Shown piece by piece: positions 23,457 to 36,725 of a DNA stretch of 64,000 nucleotides. Under the pieces are notes generated by a model that worked only from the letters and a program-made list of their open reading frames with translations, did no database searches and was not told the DNA's origin. The position numbers and the translations under genes are program-made. The DNA comes from Neophaeotheca triangularis (lineage: Eukaryota): contig BAAIJX010000009.1 of assembly GCA_054600435.1 (NCBI GenBank), forward strand, positions 496,001 through 560,000, given 5' to 3'. Every line of letters starts with the position of its first letter. Position 1 is the stretch's first letter.

Positions 23457-25467
23457 ATGACTCGCATCGACACACCTCTTTCTCGACCATACAGCGTGAA
23501 TAGAGGACTTCCCAATTCAAAAGCGTCGGCGTTGAAACATCACCCTTACATAATCACGAATGGACACGGACACTTGCGCATAATACCAACCGCGTACTGG
23601 GGGTGTCGTGGGCCCTTTGTTCGAGGGATGCATTTACTGGCGAAGCGGCAGCTGAATGGCAGAAGCACACAGTGCAGTGCAGTATGCGGAGGTAATGACT
23701 TCAGCGGATGTACTTCGATACCCTTTTGATAGCGTGTGGCATCAATCATAATGCAATTAACCTTTCTCATCAACTGATTCGTAAAATTTTCTTTTCATTC
23801 TTTCTTCGGGCATAGTGAGGCAAGGTTGAGCAAGGGGAGGTGAAGTTAAGATAAAGTGGGCCCTGGCTTTCTTCCACATTCCTCAACACATCCAATCTTA
23901 AGCAGCTACCTAACCGCACGTGGGATGATTGATTCAGCCTTGCCCCGGGAACACACGACGATTAAGACTCTTCCGGACGACATACCAAGGTCCCGAGTAC
24001 ATATAGCACTATAGTAGTACGCACGCATTCGCACTCGCCAAATGCCTCTTCTAGCCCGCGACAACGAACGCCAGCAGCTCGAGGTAGTAGTAGTGCTCGT
24101 TCCAAGACTTTCGTCGACAACCTACCCAGCTACCTTATCACCTACTCATGACCGCAAGCGGGAGGCAAACCGTTCAAGTCCCTCCACTTGCCGACTGCAC
24201 CCATCCGATACCTTTACCACGAGCACGCCAAAGCAGAGCAGGCGAGGGCTCTCGACTACCTTATTGTACCTCCTACCGGCATCCGCTTCGATGGTTTGGG
24301 AATCACAACACTCACATGCACCCCGCCTTTTCAAGGCACCCTTTCTCTTGTCCCTGGTCTACACTGCGACGGCGCATTCATCCTGAAGATGCGATGATGG
24401 CAGCGCACTTGGAGATACTACAGGCCGCCAAAATATCTCGAAGTGCCATGAGTTCCTATGTTGCTTCTTCTTTTTTGCTTACCTTTAATCTTAGGGTGGT
24501 CGGCTCGCGCTGCTATTGCACTTTTGTCAGCGCTTCCTTCGCGACTGATAGCCAAGGGGTCCCAAGCTGCAGACATTCTATTTGTCTTGACTCTCGCCGA
24601 CTCGTCTTGGGCTCGTGGCTTTTCAGCCCTGTGGGCTGATGATTTCTACTGGGGTCGCTTCACCGGTCGGTGGCTTCGTGGACTTCACGTACCCCGCCTT
24701 ACCAAGGCGCCGGTCTTTCATATGCAACTCGAATGGTCTTGCCTTATCTTAAGAATTTGGCTTACTACTTCAATCATTCTTCACCAGCCAGTAGGCCCGG
24801 GAAATCTCGACGGTAGGACAGGACGAAAAGTCCCATTCCTTCAGTATCACATACACCACAGTGGGCGGTGCGGTCTCGCGTTCCAAGAAATCGAGCTAAA
24901 TGATGTTAGTACCACCAACAAATTACCCCCTTTCCTCTCGTGGCACGGAGCTTCGCCCGAGACTGCGGTCGTCAAGCTGCGGGCAAGCCTCAAGACACCC
25001 TTGGCGAGTGGTCGCGTTGCAGTCCCAAGAGCAGGCGTCCGATCACGTCGTCTCTCCCACATCCAATGGCAGCCAGTCAGCCCATTCATTGCCAATCCCA
25101 ATCCCACTCGACATCTCGCCATGTGGGCGCACGTCGGCGCTACACTCCAGCCTTTTCCCTGGGCAAGGGGTTATCCTACACTGCTTTAGGCCTCGCCAAG
25201 TTGCGCTCCCGGTGGGGGAGTATCACATGGTATTGCTAGCGACAATCCTTCGAGGTCTTCCAAGAGACTCCTCCACTCGCGTGGCTTGAGGGTTGCGTCT
25301 TCGGATGGGAGGGAGTGGTGCGGTGGAACGCGCCTTGCCAACGATCTGCGTGGAGTGTGGTATAGAAGGGCTTGCGACCCGCTGTCGGGAGGTTTTTGAA
25401 AGAGCTGCGAGTTTTGCACCTCATATCGTCTGTTTCTGAGGACTCTGTTGTAGTACGCTCACCCATC

Positions 25468-27700
25468 ATGGCTCCCAATTTTGCCGGGACGGACAGCGTC
25501 GAGCGCGTCGAGGCGCCCGTGACGTTCAAAGCCTACCTCATGTGCGGCTTCGCCTCGTTCGGCGGCATTTACTTTGGGTAAGAAGATTTCTTGCGGCTGA
25601 AGTTTGCAGTTGTGCTTACCATTGACGAATAGCTATGATATCGGTTACATCAACTCCGTCTTTGCCATGCGATACTTCATACACGAGTTCGCTAACAAGC
25701 CCTACCCGCCCGAGACTCCGGAATCAGACTTCGTGCTCCCAACGTCCGACGTTTCTTTGATCACCTCCATCTTGTCAGCTGGTGAGTGAAGGAGGCCTTC
25801 CGCAGGGAGGGGGACAATACGTTGACAATTCAAGGTACCTTCTTCGGCGCCATCATCGCCGGCGATTTGGCGGATTGGATAGGACGACGAATGACCATCC
25901 TAGTGAGCAAGCTTCGTCACGGTCAGTCTGCCCATTACTGACACACCCGTGTGTAGGTCGGTTGCGGTATTTTCTGCGGCGGAGTCATCATGTCCGTCGC
26001 CTCAACAAACGTAGCCCTGCTATCAGCCGGCCGCTTCATCTGCGGCATTGGCGTCGGTTTCGAAAGCGCCATCGTCATCCTTTACATGAGCGAATGCGCC
26101 CCGCGAAAAGTACGTCTTCGAAATCCAAACCAGACGAGAACCTGCCCACTAACGACTTTCCTCCACTCTCAAAGGTCCGCGGCGCCATCGTCGCCGTCTA
26201 CCAATTCTGCATCACCATCGGCCTCCTCCTCGCAGCCTGCGTGGGCTACGCTACCCAAAACCGCACCGACTCCGGCAGCTACCGCATCCCTATTGCTATC
26301 CAATGGATCTGGGCTCTTGTGCTTGCGGGCGGTATCGCTTGGTTGCCGGAATCCCCGCGCTACTTCGTGAGTCTCTCGAAAGTCGGTTGAGATATCAAGA
26401 CTGACAATCCCGAAAAAAAAGGTCAAAAAAGGCAAGATCGAGCGTGCGACTAAAAGTCTTGCGAGCCTTCGTGGGCAGCCTCCGGACTCTGACTTTGTGA
26501 GGGAAGAGCTCGCTGAGATCATCGCCAATCATGAGTACGAATTGCAAGTCGTGCCTCAGGATAGCTATCTTGCTTCGTGGGCGAATTGCTTCCAGGGAAG
26601 TATCTGGAAGTCCGAGTCGAACTTGAGGCGTACAATTCTCGGCACTTCGTTACAAATGATGCAACAGTGGACCGGCGTAAACTTCATTTTCTACTTTGGT
26701 AAGAAAAACACACCTCAAACATATTTCAAACGCACCTAGTTAGGGTTAGAGCTACGAGGTGACTTGAACTCATTAGAACTATAGCTGACAGCAGGCCTCG
26801 AAAGGCACAAGATACTTCACTCAGCTCGGCACGATCGACGACCCTTTCCTCATCTCCCTCATCACGACCCTCGTCAACGTCCTCTCGACCCCCATCTCCT
26901 TCTGGACCATCGAGCGTTTCGGCCGCCGTCCACTCCTTATTTACGGCGGAATGGGCATGCTCGTCTGCCAATTCATTGCCGCAAGTGTGGGCACGGCCCT
27001 TCCAGCCAGTAACCAGGACGCCACGCGAGCACAGATCGCCTTCGTCTGTATCGCAATCTTCTTCTTCGCTTCCACCTGGGGACCAACAGCTTGGGTGGTG
27101 ATTGGGGAGACTTTTCCCTTGCCGATCCGCTCGAGAGGTGTCGGCCTTTCCACCGCTTCGAACGTAAGTGCCCGGCCCTTATGTCCATGAGACTCTGAAA
27201 GGTCAGGCAGTAATTAGGAGCTAACGAGCCGGGTGACAGTGGTTCTGGAACTGCATCCTCGCCGTCATCTCTCCCTACTTCGTCGGCGAAGAGTACGCCA
27301 ACATGGGGCCCGCTGTCTTCTTCGTCTGGGGCGGCCTCTGCACTTGTGCAACCGTTTACGCCTACTTCCTGGTAAGCCATCATATCCCCCATACAGCCCA
27401 AGAGACCAAAAAAGAAAATTCCTAACTAATCCCGCTCACCAGGTCCCCGAGACAAAAGGAAAGCGCAATCCCTTCCTTTTCCTCCATCCCAACACACAGT
27501 CTTTCACGGTTTCGCTAACTGTAGTAATAGGTCTCACTCTCGAACAAGTGGATACGATGCTCGAGGAGACTAATCCTAGGAACTCAGCCAAGTGGAGACC
27601 ACACACGACTTTTGCCGCGCAGATGGGTATGACGACGGAGGGGAAGCTAGGGACCGAGAGGGTCGAGGAAGTGGATGTGGAGAGGAGAGCTTCTTCTTAG
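25468..27700 (+). CDS. MFS sugar porter, high-affinity hexose transporter type (about 10 exons)
   Basis: FGGIYFGYDIG, DWIGRR, YMSECAP, PESPRY, MQQWTGVNFIFYFG, ERFGRR, GETFPL, VPETKGLTLEQ; nine introns inferred. Confidence 0.95.
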
Positions 27701-28291
27701 CTGAGCCGCGAGGTCTCCTGAGCTGCGCGTCAAGAGAGGAGAGGGGTAGGAAGTTTGAACCGGGAAAGTGTGGCAAGTGAGTGATCGATTCGAGTTGGGT
27801 TGTTGTACTAGGTAACGTCCTTGTCGATGTGATAATCGCTTGCTGCCATGGCACCCCTTCCCATCCCCCCAACCCATTGGAGTCCCCCACTCCGAGCCAT
27901 CGACAGACGTCTTCCTCCCCCCCAGCCTCCCACCACCCTCCCCACCCCTCCATCGTGACCCGCCGCCCCGTCGCCAGAGATCTCAAATCTCCAAGCAACA
28001 TCAGCGCGAGAACATCGCTCCCAACGGCCAGAAAATCAAAATGCCGTTACCCTGCCCTCACCAAGCCCAAGCCCAACCCCACAACCTCCGATCCAAACCC
28101 GTGTTTCCAAAGCCAGGAGCGGAGTGCGGCAACAGCAAAACCACAACTTTCGCCGGGCAAACCCGACGATGCAAACGAAAATCCTCTCGCAACGTGAGAT
28201 CACGCTTCTCCTCCGGGCGTTCCCACTCGCTGTCTATAATAGCACGTCTCAGAGCTGCTTGCGACGACTTGCGGACGAGGAGGCTTTGTTG

Positions 28292-28726
28292 CTAGAGCGC
28301 GGGAGAGGAAAGGGGTGAGTGCTGTACCTGCTCTAGCTCGTGTTTTTGGCGTGTCGGGGGAATTCTTGACATTTTACCCGGTTTTCTGTTGCTTGCGCTC
28401 TTGGCTTTTGGTTGTACGTGCTCTTGATAGGCTTGTCGTTGTGGGTCTTTTCGCAGAGTGTGGCGCTGAGACGGGTAAGGAGGTGCTGGTTGCGGGTCGT
28501 GGGTGATGCGTCGGGTGAGGGTTTGGGTTTGGGTTTGCGATCTTATACCAGCGCCAGGGGGGAGCAGGGGCAGTTGTGGTATGTGAAGTGGCTCCTTTAC
28601 TGGTGCTGGGTGTCTTGTGCCATGGAGAAGTGCCAAATATGTCTCAGATACCGGTGCTGGTTTTGCAAAGTACCCGGATGAGGAGCTTGGGGCATCGTCT
28701 TGGACGGTCGGATTGGGAAGAGACAT
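28292..28726 (-). CDS. Possible orphan gene (first exon; structure uncertain)
   Basis: ATG-initiated 144-aa Pro/Gln-rich ORF; a protein-like downstream frame (AALRRAIIDSEWERPEEKRDLTLREDF) might be joined by splicing. No recognised motif. Confidence 0.3.
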   Translation of the reverse strand: MSLPNPTVQDDAPSSSSGYFAKPAPVSETYLALLHGTRHPAPVKEPLHIPQLPLLPPGAGIRSQTQTQTLTRRITHDPQPAPPYPSQRHTLRKDPQRQAYQEHVQPKAKSASNRKPGKMSRIPPTRQKHELEQVQHSPLSSPAL

Positions 28727-31701
28727 TTACTACTCGTTCAGACAGTCTGATGTATGTATGCAAATATCGAAGCTACTTGTCTGCCGCACACGAATGCGCG
28801 TGTACACTACTCCCGAGTAGGTGTCCGTATCCACCCTCCGAAAATTCTCTCTTCTCCTTCAACTCGAACTTCGCTAAAGACCGTGGAAGCGAGAGAGTCA
28901 CCAGATCGAGGCTTCACTGGAAAACGCATGCAACTGCTGCAAAGGTGATAAGATGAGACGCTGGTGTTTTGCCTGTGAGCCGACGGCTGGGGCCCGTAAG
29001 TACGACTGCGCTATTGCTGCAATAGCTAGGAGGCAGATCGCAGAACGGCGGAATATCCACAGAGACGGCCGCCACGCTGGTGGACTAACACGTAACTTAG
29101 AGATATCTTGATCTAAGGAACGTGGAGGTCTTGCTGTTGTGCTCCCGCTCCTTGGTGCTTTGTGGGACGTGACCGGTGGGCTTGATTAAATAGGTCATTA
29201 GATTGTCTTTGCCTTGGAGGGCAAATACAGAGGGAAGGGGTAATATCAACAGCACGTGTGGTTTCTGCTGGGAGGGCTGGGGAATAAATATAACCTTCAC
29301 CTTGGGGCGATGAGGAGGTCCACTTGTTCTCTTTGTAGACTTGGGGCCCTGCGGGCAGACACATCAGCTAGAGCACTCGCGGCCTGACGAGCTGGTTAAG
29401 AAGCGACCAGCGTTTCCCAATGGCCGCAGTCGGAACTGCCTGCAAGCCCAATCCCAAGATTAGATCGCCGTCTCCTGCTTTGAGAGGCCGGGAACAAGAT
29501 TATTGATCGAAAGTCATCTCGACTAATAAGGCCAACCTGATACCGACGAGGCCAGCCCAAGACAACACTACTCTACTTCGTGCAACTTCCGAGGAACGAC
29601 TTAAGTGACTTACAAGACAGCGCATGCCATCCCAACCCATCTCACGATGAAGTTTCTATCTGATCTCGCGTGCTGGAGCCCGGCGCAGGGTGTTAAGCTT
29701 GTCGATTGCCCATCATTGCTCAACTTGCGCATGACTCCAGATCTCGCAAAGCTTTGATAAGTTCCAGGTTGTGTAGGCTCCGGATTGAAAAGCCCACCGC
29801 TCGTCCACCTGACCTACGCAGATCAGTAGGATTCGAAACTCAGTCTTTCCACGATGAACAGAGCTCCTACCAGGTCGACGAGAATCGGATCGAAGATCGC
29901 CGGATGTAGCTCCTACTGCTGCGCGGGTTCAAAATGCTAGGCAGAGCGCGGCAGAGCTGCCGTTGTTTGTACTGCGGTGCTATCCCCGGAATGTTCACAG
30001 ACCAAGATATTCGGTTCACTGAATCGCGTGGCTCAACTTGGCTGCGTTAATAATGGGTAACTTTCTCGTGGTGGGAGACGGAAACGAGGACTCGGGCTCC
30101 TGCATACCCAGCTGTTAGGTGTGAATCTTGGAGATCGTACAGGTACCGTGAACACGATAGCACAGCTTCTGGGAAGTGCAGAACGCTGTCTTTGGAACCG
30201 TCTTCTACAATGCTTCATGGCCCGCAAGCTGAGTCACGAGAGATTGCCCTACGTTGCGGAGACCTGGAGGTGGATTGCCTACTTACCCCTTCCTGGTCAG
30301 CGTAACCTACCTAGCTGTACTCGTGAGACTGCCCACAGCCATAGGTTAGCTCCAACGCCCAGCCGTGTAAGCGATGCTACCGCAAGAAGATCACTAGGCG
30401 TCCCCGTGGCGTTAGGCCCGCCGTACTCCGTAGACGCTGCTAGCAATAGCGGAGACTCGACGTGGCAGGTACCCTGTCTCCCAGGCCTCGTACGCAGGCT
30501 AATAATTGTGAAGCGAAAGCGCCGTCGCTTTGAGACGGTTGGAAGAAGCCGCCATGTCAGCATCGAAAGGAGGAGCTTCCCCGCATCTCAGCGTGCGGTA
30601 TGCGCAGTAGCTTCGTTTTATTGTGGAGAAGGCTTCTTGTAGGAGGCGTGTCAAGTTTCAACTAGGTACCGTACCTTATTGATTGTTACCTGCTGAGGTG
30701 CTGCTGAGGGACGGAACTTCGGAAGATTGAATGAAGCACCAATTGAGTTCAATGCCGCCGATGCCGGTCTGTCTTGGCAGGCGTCTCTCGCGCCCCACAC
30801 TTCCCCGCGTTGAACGTGCTGGGCTTGCTGGGGTAGCTCCTCTGCCCCGTGAATCGCGGCGCCACAAGCGAATGGAAGGTGGTGTTGCCGGATCAGGTAT
30901 TCCAGAGCTCCAGCATCCTAATTGAACGATGGACGCTTTGCTTTTGCCGCACCCTGAAAAGGCGTCTTGCGAGTCAGCCGCGCACTAAGAGGTAGGATTT
31001 CGGACAAATTTCGTCCTTAGGGCACAGAGCCAGCGGTTAGCCAACGGTACTCGGCGCGCTCCTTACTCCCAAACCCTGAAGGCCAACGTTCGATATCAAA
31101 GTCAAGAATCCTACCACAGGTCAGCTGCATTGGCTTCTCACGCCTGTACTCAAGTTAGCAGTGTTCCTCCTCGAGCTCACCCCAATGACCCGCGTTGTGT
31201 TCAAGAAAGACCTCAGCCAGGATTGAGAGCTTCTCCGCATTGTATGCAGGCTCTCCTGCTCTAGACATGGGTCTCACCATACCCGTGGGATAGATCCCCT
31301 CAGTAAGCCCTACCTTACTCGTATACCAACCGCTAAGCTTGCGTGTGCCCTTGCCAATGGGATGGTCTCCTCGTCAAATGGCTGGCTTCGTTGCTAGCGA
31401 ATGCCAAATCCGTCCGGACGATCTGCTGCGTTGATTCCCGCGGCTAAGCAGCTCGCAATTACAGCCTCGACAGAGGCGCTAGCCCTCGTGCAGTAGTCTC
31501 ATCGACCCCAAGAGAGAAAGACGGCAAAGACCACCCAAGGGTGGATTTCCTTGTGGCCGAGAACACATGATCGTGCGGGGCCTTTGAGCTCTAGGTATAT
31601 CTTGCCAGCAGCTCATCCAACTTGGGTAGTCAGGTAGCATTGCTCCTTTGTCTTCTCGACACCATCGATTCCAGTTCGATCACCCCAGGCATTCAGCAAA
31701 C

Positions 31702-34045
31702 ATGACGATTCCAGATGAGGTCGACATCATCGTGTGCGGTGGAGGAAGTTGCGGGTGAGTCCAGATCATTGGAGTTATTGCTGGATGGACCCCAATGCTA
31801 ATACCTCGATAGCTGTGTTGTAGCAGGACGTTTGGCAAACTTGGACCACAACCTCCAGGTGATGCTCATCGAGGCCGGAGAGAGCAACCTCAACAACCCA
31901 TGGGTTTACCGTCCCGGTATCTACCCCAAGAACATGAAGCTGGACAGCAAGACAGCTTCGTTCTACTACTCCAGGCCCTCGGAATGGCTCGGTGGTCGTC
32001 GTGCAGTCGTGCCTTGCGCTCACATCCTCGGCGGCGGTTCGAGCATCAACTTCATGATGTACACGCGTGCGTCTGCCTCCGACTACGACGACTTCCAGGC
32101 CAAGGGCTGGACCACGAAAGAGTTGCTCCCCCTGATGAGGAAGCATGAGACATACCAGAGGGCTTCCAACAATCGCGACTTGCACGGCTTCGAGGGCCCC
32201 ATCAAGGTCTCCTTTGGCAACTACACCTACCCGGTCATGCAGGACTTCTTGCGAGCCGTCGAGTCGCAAGATATCCCGGTCACGGACGACCTCCAGGACT
32301 TGACCACTGCCCATGGTGCCGAGCACTGGCTCAAGTGGATCAACCGCGACACTGGCCGCCGCAGCGACAGTGCTCACGGCTACATCCACAGCACTCGCGC
32401 TCACCACCAGAACTTGCACCTCGTCTGCAACACCAAGATCGAGAAGGTCATCATCGAGGGCGACCGCGCAGTCGGCGTCAAGACCGTCCCGACCAAGCCT
32501 CTTTCCCCGTCGCAGAATCAGTCCAAGGTCTACAAGGCCAGGAAGCAGATAGTCGTCAGCGGTGGCACTCTGAGCTCCCCACTGATCCTTCAGCGTTCCG
32601 GCATTGGTGACCCCGAGAAGCTCCGCAAGGCCGGAGTCAAGCCCCTCATCGACCTTCCCGGTGTTGGCTTGAACTTCCAGGATCACTACCTGACCTTCGC
32701 TACCTACCGTGCGAAGCCTCACGTCGAGAGCTTCGATGATTTCGTCCGTGGTGACGAAAAGGTCCAGAAGCAGGTCTTCGACCAATGGAACATCAACGGC
32801 ACCGGCCCTCTCGCGACCAATGGTATCGAGGCTGGTGTGAAGATCCGTCCCACAGAGGAAGAACTTAAGCAAATGGACTCGTGGCCGACCCCAGAGTTCC
32901 GCAGCGGCTGGGACTCTTACTTCAAGGACAAGCCCGACAAGCCCGTCATGCACTATAGTGTCATTGCTGGCTGGTTCGGCGACCACATGTAAGTATCCAA
33001 AGACTAAGGTTTGACTGGTCGAGACTGACACACTTCAGGCACATGCCACCAGGCAAGTTCTTTACCATGTTCCACTTCTTGGAGTACCCGTTCAGCCGCG
33101 GCTCGACTATGATCACTTCGCCGTCCGCCTATGATGCTCCTGACTTCGATGCCGGTTTTATGAATGACAAGCGCGACATGGCTCCGATGGGTAAGTGTCC
33201 TCTTTTCGCCCTCTGCATGCTGGAAAACAGTAGCTAATCCATTCGTACAGTCTGGGGTTACATCAAGTCTCGTGAAACCGCTCGCCGTATGGACGCGTAC
33301 GCCGGTGAAGTGCACGCTATGCATCCATGTAAGTTGAGCCAAGAAGTTCGTTCCAGGTGACCCAGTCCAGAACTAATGATCACTGTCCAGTCTACGCCTA
33401 CGACAGTCCAGCTCGCGCCTTGGACATGGACCTCGCCACCACCAACGCTTATGCCGGGCCGAACCACATGTAAGTCGCATGCCTTGGTAAGAAATTAGTA
33501 TCGCCCGCTGACTCTCCCATAGTACCGCCAACATCCAACACGGTTCCTGGACTCAACAGATCCAACCAGGCAAGCAGCCGCAGCCCAGCATGCTCAACAG
33601 CAACAAGCAAGAGATCCGCGAAGACTTGCCCTACAGCAAGGCCGATGTCGAGCAAGTCGAGGAATGGGTCAAGGTAAGAAACCTCGAGCACGGCAAGCGA
33701 AATACTCACACTCGAGCATCACTGACAGGCCTTTAGCGTCACGTGGAGACGACTTGGCACAGTCTTGGCACTTGCTCAATGGCGCCCAAGGAGGGCAACA
33801 GCATCGTCAAGCACGGCGTGTTGGACGAGCGCCTCAACGTGCACGGCGTCAAGGGCCTCAAGGTTGCCGATTTGTCCATCTGCCCCGACAATGTGGGCTG
33901 CAACACTTACTCCACCGCTCTGCTCATCGGCGAGAAGTGCAGCATGTTGGTTGGAGAGGACTTGGGTTACTCCGGCAGTGCCCTGGACATGAAGGTGCCC
34001 AACTACCACGCTCCGCGCGAAATTGCCGGGCTATCGAGGCTGTAA
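31702..34045 (+). CDS. AOX1: Peroxisomal alcohol (methanol) oxidase, GMC family AA3_3 (7 exons)
   Basis: MTIPDEVDIIVCGGGSCGCVVAGRLANLD, LGGGSSINFMMYTR, ETTWHSLGTC, PDNVGCNTYSTAL; C-terminal PTS1 SRL; six GT-AG introns. Confidence 0.97.
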
Positions 34046-34646
34046 GCAGCTGTTGGGTTTGGCTGGATGGGAATTGCAGTGCCGTTGCATTGGATGTAGT
34101 TATGATGAATGAATTGAATGGCTTAACCGTGTAACTGCGCTTTCTGGCAGTGATGATTGTGTCGACATTCGCAGGCTGGTGAGAGGGAACTGTTGAAGTT
34201 TCCAAGTGTGTTCGAGGGGGGCAAGTTTCATTGTTGTTGTATGCAGGTGGTTGATGTCGTCCTAGTTCCCGAGTCCTTGCAAGGCGCATCCGGCTTCCAT
34301 TTCACGGTCATAGATCAGAATGCAACAGTACAAGTAACTTATGCTGAAATGCTGTATCTATGTGATGAACTAGACGCTTGAACAGAAGGGCTGGACAGAC
34401 TGGTGGACTGCTCAAGCAAAGCGAAATCTGAACACAGGGCAGCATCTGACAAGGGTCAAAGTCATGAATCATGGAGCTGTATAGTTGGAGCCTCAGGCAA
34501 GAACGATACTCGAAATCTTGGCAACCCCCTCCACCGAAATCCGACTTTGAGACTTTGCGACAGTCCGTCTTTTCTCTTTGAACCTACCAGGCGAGTGAAC
34601 ATACAAACTTCATAACGACCCCCCAGCAAATATCCAACTAGACGCA

Positions 34647-35265
34647 ATGGCCCCCAAGAAGAACCAGAAGGGTGTGGACAGCATCAACGCCAAGTTGGCG
34701 CTGACCATCAAGGTCCGCAAACACCGCGAGAGAGCATGGCGCAATGATGAAGAGACTGACAAGTGAATAGTCCGGCAAGGTCACCCTCGGCTACAAGTCG
34801 ACCCTCAAGACCCTCCGCTCTGGCAAGGCCAAGCTTATCATCATTGCTGGCAACACTCCTCCCCTCAGGAAGAGTGAGCTCGAGTGTAAGCCTTCACCAC
34901 AATCCATCTCACAGTCGCGACCCAGTAGATTGACAACGACACACAGACTACAGCATGTTGGCCAAGACCCAGGTCCACCACTTCTCCGGCAACAACGTAA
35001 GATTCCCGCCCAGATAGCGCACGAAAATCAAAAAGCAAGCCTAGCGAAGGAGCTTCGATGGCTCTGGAAGGCACCACACACCTCTCTGGAGCCCTGAGAA
35101 GAAGTCTTTCCTGCTATATGCAAGAAGCTTTGGAGGGTCAACACATACTGACTGTTGAATGAACAGATCGAGCTCGGTACCGCTTGCGGTAAGCTTTTCA
35201 GGTGCTCCACCATGGCCATCCTTGACGCTGGTGACTCCGACATCCTGAGCGCCCAGACCTCGTAA
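34647..35265 (+). CDS. RPL30: 60S ribosomal protein eL30 (4 exons)
   Basis: [36 protein letters not shown]...[14 protein letters not shown]...DAGDSDIL. Confidence 0.97.
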
Positions 35266-35449
35266 AAGGCTCGTAAAAAAGCATAGGGAGCTAGGTTTGC
35301 ATCGAGGGGATACCCGCTACCACTCGCCGTCTGCTCTGCAGGAACGGCCTGTTCAAGACAAGGCGTGCTGGTCTGTTTAGGCGCAAACCAGCGATGTCAC
35401 GGATAGCACAAATAGATACCCAAAATAGCATGCGCAGTTCTCTATGCGT

Positions 35450-35599
35450 TCTATCTCTGTGACTCATTTCGTATACTTGTCGCCTTGGCCAGTAACGTTC
35501 AATTTGGAGGCGTTAACGATTTCATCTATCTCTGTGACTCAATTCGTATACTTGTCGCCTTGGCCAGTAACGTTTAAATTGGAGGCGTTGACGATTTCA
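35450..35599. repeat. 75-bp tandem duplication (2 near-identical copies)
   Basis: tctatctctgtgactca...acgatttca at 35450 and 35525, about 4 mismatches. Confidence 0.95.
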
Positions 35600-35611
35600 A
35601 AGCATTTTCCT

Positions 35612-35623
35612 GGTCACGTGACC
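35612..35623. promoter_or_regulatory. Palindromic E-box, Cbf1-type site upstream of RPL10
   Basis: Perfect 12-bp palindrome GGTCACGTGACC about 150 bp upstream of the ATG. Confidence 0.55.
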
Positions 35624-35771
35624 CACGGCGCAAACCCCAGATGATTTGAAAGCAGGCGCCCAACGCCAAGCCTCGAGCGTCTGCGGCGAAATCGAACAAC
35701 AAGAGAACGTCACTTCTCGATCTTTGAACCTTCTCACCACACCACATCGACACCCCATCAATACCGTCGAA

Positions 35772-36725
35772 ATGGCCCGTCGTCCCGCGAGATGCTACCG
35801 CTACTGCAAGAACAAGGTGAGTCTCATCGCCGTGCCCGAAAATCCCCGCACACTGGACGACACACCACCAGCCGTCAAGAGGCGGCGGCAATATCGACAG
35901 CATGGCGAATGGCGACAATGTGCGAGTATCTACTGACGAACAACTCTTTCTCAGCCGTACCCCAAGTCGCGTTTCAACCGTGGTGTGCCCGACCCTAAGA
36001 TTCGCATCTTCGACCTTGGCCGCAAGCGTGCCGGTGTTGACGAGTTCCCTCTCTGCGTTCACTTGGTCTCCAACGAGTATGAGCAGCTGAGCTCGGAAGC
36101 CCTCGAGGCTGCCCGTATTTGCGCCAACAAGTGCGTATACCCCGAAACACCTACCAAAGAAGCAGAAGGGATGATATGGTGATGGATGAAGGATTGTATA
36201 CTGATGAGACTCGCCCTACAGGTACATGGTCAAGTCTGGCGGCAAGGACTCCTTCCACTTGCGTGTCCGTGCCCACCCTTACCACGTCGTGCGTATCAAC
36301 AAAATGTTGTCGTGCGCTGGTGCCGATAGACTGCAAACCGGTATGCGCGGTGCCTTCGGCAAGCCCAACGGTCTTGTCGCCCGTGTCAACATCGGCCAGA
36401 TCCTCCTCTCGCTCCGCACCCGTGACTCCAGTAAGTTTCGCAGCCAAGCCTCACCATACACTAAACCACGGATGCTGACTTCTCCCCAGACCGCGCCACC
36501 GCCATTGAGGCCCTCCGTCGCAGCCAGTACAAGTTCCCCGGTCGCCAAAAGATCATCGTCAGCAAGAACTGGGGCTTCACCCCTCTCCGTCGTGATGAGT
36601 ACATCGAGAAGCGCCAGGCCGGTAAGGTCAGGGTTGACGGTGCTTACGTGCAGTTCCTGAAGACTCACGGCCCGATCGAGTACAACATGCGCCGCTTCCC
36701 TCAGGCTTTCGAGACCGAGGCTTAA
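35772..36725 (+). CDS. RPL10: 60S ribosomal protein uL16/L10 (4 exons)
   Basis: [68 protein letters not shown]. Confidence 0.98.

Noticed and set aside
26740..26749. TTAGGG telomere-like sequence in a transporter intron
   Set aside because: Fewer than two units; expected by chance.
29820..29945. B-box-like sequences suggesting a tRNA
   Set aside because: No properly spaced A box or cloverleaf.
31775..33031. Long antisense ORFs (also 8981-10108, 57945-58838, 59232-60275, 37669-38712)
   Set aside because: Shadows of biased codon usage in well-supported genes on the opposite strand.
34997..35166. Intronic snoRNA in the long RPL30 intron
   Set aside because: No convincing C/D or H/ACA box arrangement seen.
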